64,000 nt of DNA from contig ML978137.1 in NCBI GenBank assembly GCA_010015805.1, positions 62,001 through 126,000 on the forward strand, written 5' to 3'. This DNA is from Rhizodiscina lignyota (taxonomy: Eukaryota). The notes under the pieces were generated by a model that worked only from the letters and a program-made list of their open reading frames with translations, made no database searches and was not told the DNA's origin. Each line of letters starts with the position of its first letter. Within the stretch, counting starts at the first letter, position 1. Position numbers and translations under genes: made by a program. Shown in pieces: positions 62,214-64,000 of this stretch.

Positions 62214-63092
62214 GGAAACGATGTGGGCTGATACGAAAACTTCGGTGATTGAAGCAACGAGGATTTGGATCAAATATCCAGCGGAAGGACGAAGTTAGAA
62301 GGACAAAGTAGAACGCGACTGCCTCGTTGAGGTAGGACCACGGCAAGGATGAATTGACCACTGCCGCAACAAAGCGAACTTTTCACAGACAGAGAGACGC
62401 GAGTAGTAATTCGAGATGCTTGAGAAAAGAACAGGAGAAAGTACTCCAGACTTGTATTATAACTATTTCCGGGCCCACGAGGCAAACATCACGCCTGCCC
62501 ATCCCATCATACCGGCAGCAGCTCCCGCCCACCCGAAGTGGTCAGGCACATACAGCAGCAGCAATTGAGGCATGCGGCGGGCCTCATGATTCATGCCCCG
62601 GATTCATCTGCTTGCATTCCATAGAGAGAAAATCAGAAGACGCTGGCGTTACGAGTCGTGCGGGGCCGTGGACACGCGAGGCGAGGGGAAACCATAGTCA
62701 AGCAGCATATAACTTGGCGCTCCGGGAAAGGTCAACCGCCTTTGCAGCTGCAGCGTCAGGAGGCTAGGAGGTACGAGCGGGTATGAACCGAGGACGAGAC
62801 GATGCGAGATTCTGGAACGCGCGTATGCAGCCACTTCGTAAGGTGGAGAGCGGTTCGAGTCAAGAAGTGCAGTTGAGCCGCGAAGAATGACTCGTGAGTT
62901 TTGTGGGGTCAGTGGTACCGACAACATTTCTGTCTTAAATATTCTGGGAGTGTGAGCTTCAGAATTCGTGTGCGAAGAGCGCTAACGAATTGGACAGAGG
63001 GATACAAGGTAAGAAGAGAGATGTGAGTGAGTCCATGTATTGATGTAGCTATGTGCTTGATACCAATATGTCATAGTATGAGCTGTCTTTCT

Positions 63093-64000
63093 TTAATAGT
63101 TCGCCTTCACCCCTCCCCTCAGCCCTTCCTTCCGCAAGCAACAGACGCTTCTGCTCTCGCACCACTTCTGCACGATGAACAGCTCTAACGCGGCCTGAAC
63201 AACTTGACCAGCATTCTCCTCATCTTCATTCACAACCATATACTGCTGCTGCTCTCCGGCTGGCGTAGCCTTATCTACCTCACCATCCTTAGAGTCATCT
63301 TCCGGTGCTGTGCCTACCTCTTGCTTCCCCTTGCCATTCGTGCTCTTCGCCTTCGTCTTACGCTTGATGCTCTTTGCCCGGCCGTTCGAGCGAGGCGGCG
63401 GCTTCCACTTCAGGCCTTGCTCATTCAACCATGCGGTAAAGTCCTCCAAGACGATCGGATCATACATGAGAATCTTCTCATTCCAGCTAGGCTTCTTGGG
63501 GTCCGATGTTCGGGGCGCAGCTTTGACCGTCTCTGTGATCTGCCTGAAGACATGCTCTGATTGAGGCTCGAAGTATTCTTTTAAACGATCCGTTTCAGTG
63601 GTGCGAGAGCCGGTCTTCCTTGTCGCCGTCGATTTGGTGTTTTTGCCCTTGAAAGGCGACGGGACGAGTTCCAGCTCGTCCGGTGGCAGTGTGCGAGATC
63701 GTCGGGGTGGCGAAAGTGAGATGTCGGTCTCCGAGTCCTCAATCTCGTCAATTAAGTCGTCGATATGCACAAAATCGGAAGAGGCATCCAAATCAGGTGT
63801 ACGTGATCGCTGTCCAGCCGCCGCGACGGTTTTAGGCTGCTTTAACTTCTTTGTCGTAGTGGTCTTGGGTGAACCCGTAGTTGTCTTGGCGCGTTTGCGT
63901 GGTATAGACGGCGGCTTCACGGACTTCGTAGAAGATGAAGTAGCTGCGTCTTTACGAGGCCTGCCCCGAGGATGCTTAGTGGGGGGATGCAAAACATCCG
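63093..64000 (-). CDS. SLX4: Structure-specific endonuclease subunit SLX4, C-terminal part (gene runs off the window)
   Basis: Slx4 C-terminal domain SWNEKILMYDPIVLEDFTAWLN...VQKWCESRSVCCL and an AT-hook-like PRGRPRK. Confidence 0.85.
   Translation of the reverse strand, partial: DVLHPPTKHPRGRPRKDAATSSSTKSVKPPSIPRKRAKTTTGSPKTTTTKKLKQPKTVAAAGQRSRTPDLDASSDFVHIDDLIDEIEDSETDISLSPPRRSRTLPPDELELVPSPFKGKNTKSTATRKTGSRTTETDRLKEYFEPQSEHVFRQITETVKAAPRTSDPKKPSWNEKILMYDPIVLEDFTAWLNEQGLKWKPPPRSNGRAKSIKRKTKAKSTNGKGKQEVGTAPEDDSKDGEVDKATPAGEQQQYMVVNEDEENAGQVVQAALELFIVQKWCESRSVCCLRKEGLRGGVKANY

Noticed and set aside
1..64000. Alternative genetic code (TAG reassigned), rRNA/tRNA genes, CRISPR arrays, intact transposons, PKS/NRPS
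   Set aside because: TAG is used as a normal stop in several intact genes (8734, 13109, 17262, 42515), and I saw no sequence hallmarks of the other features by eye.

Overview
This window is eukaryotic DNA from a filamentous ascomycete (Pezizomycotina). Genes carry short GT-AG introns with CTRAC/CTAAY branch sites, so the ORF track fragments them; I rebuilt gene models by hand and the exact taxon cannot be read from the sequence. I support about 26 protein-coding genes, mostly catabolic, transport and secreted functions. They are a GPI-type wall protein, a carboxyltransferase, a PhyH dioxygenase, an acid sphingomyelinase, GH105, two Zn2Cys6 factors, flavin monooxygenases, three MFS transporters, an AsaB/CmcJ-like oxygenase, a methionine permease, a metallophosphoesterase, an OPT, a mitochondrial carrier with SCOT, a bicupin oxalate decarboxylase, an SDR and the 3' part of SLX4. 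There are also three decayed genes (DUF6533-like 7TM, HET domain, SAM methyltransferase). I found no rRNA, tRNA, CRISPR array or intact transposon. The most notable observations are: an in-frame TAG as the last codon of exon 1 in an otherwise intact sphingomyelinase; a 162-aa half-propeller fucose-lectin-like protein; a wall protein with seven AH[VT]E motifs; a small secreted protein with twin CxxWxxxC motifs; a PTS2-bearing carboxyltransferase; a head-to-head carrier/SCOT pair; and a backbone-less oxygenase/transporter/TF cluster. All family assignments come from motif recognition, not database searches.
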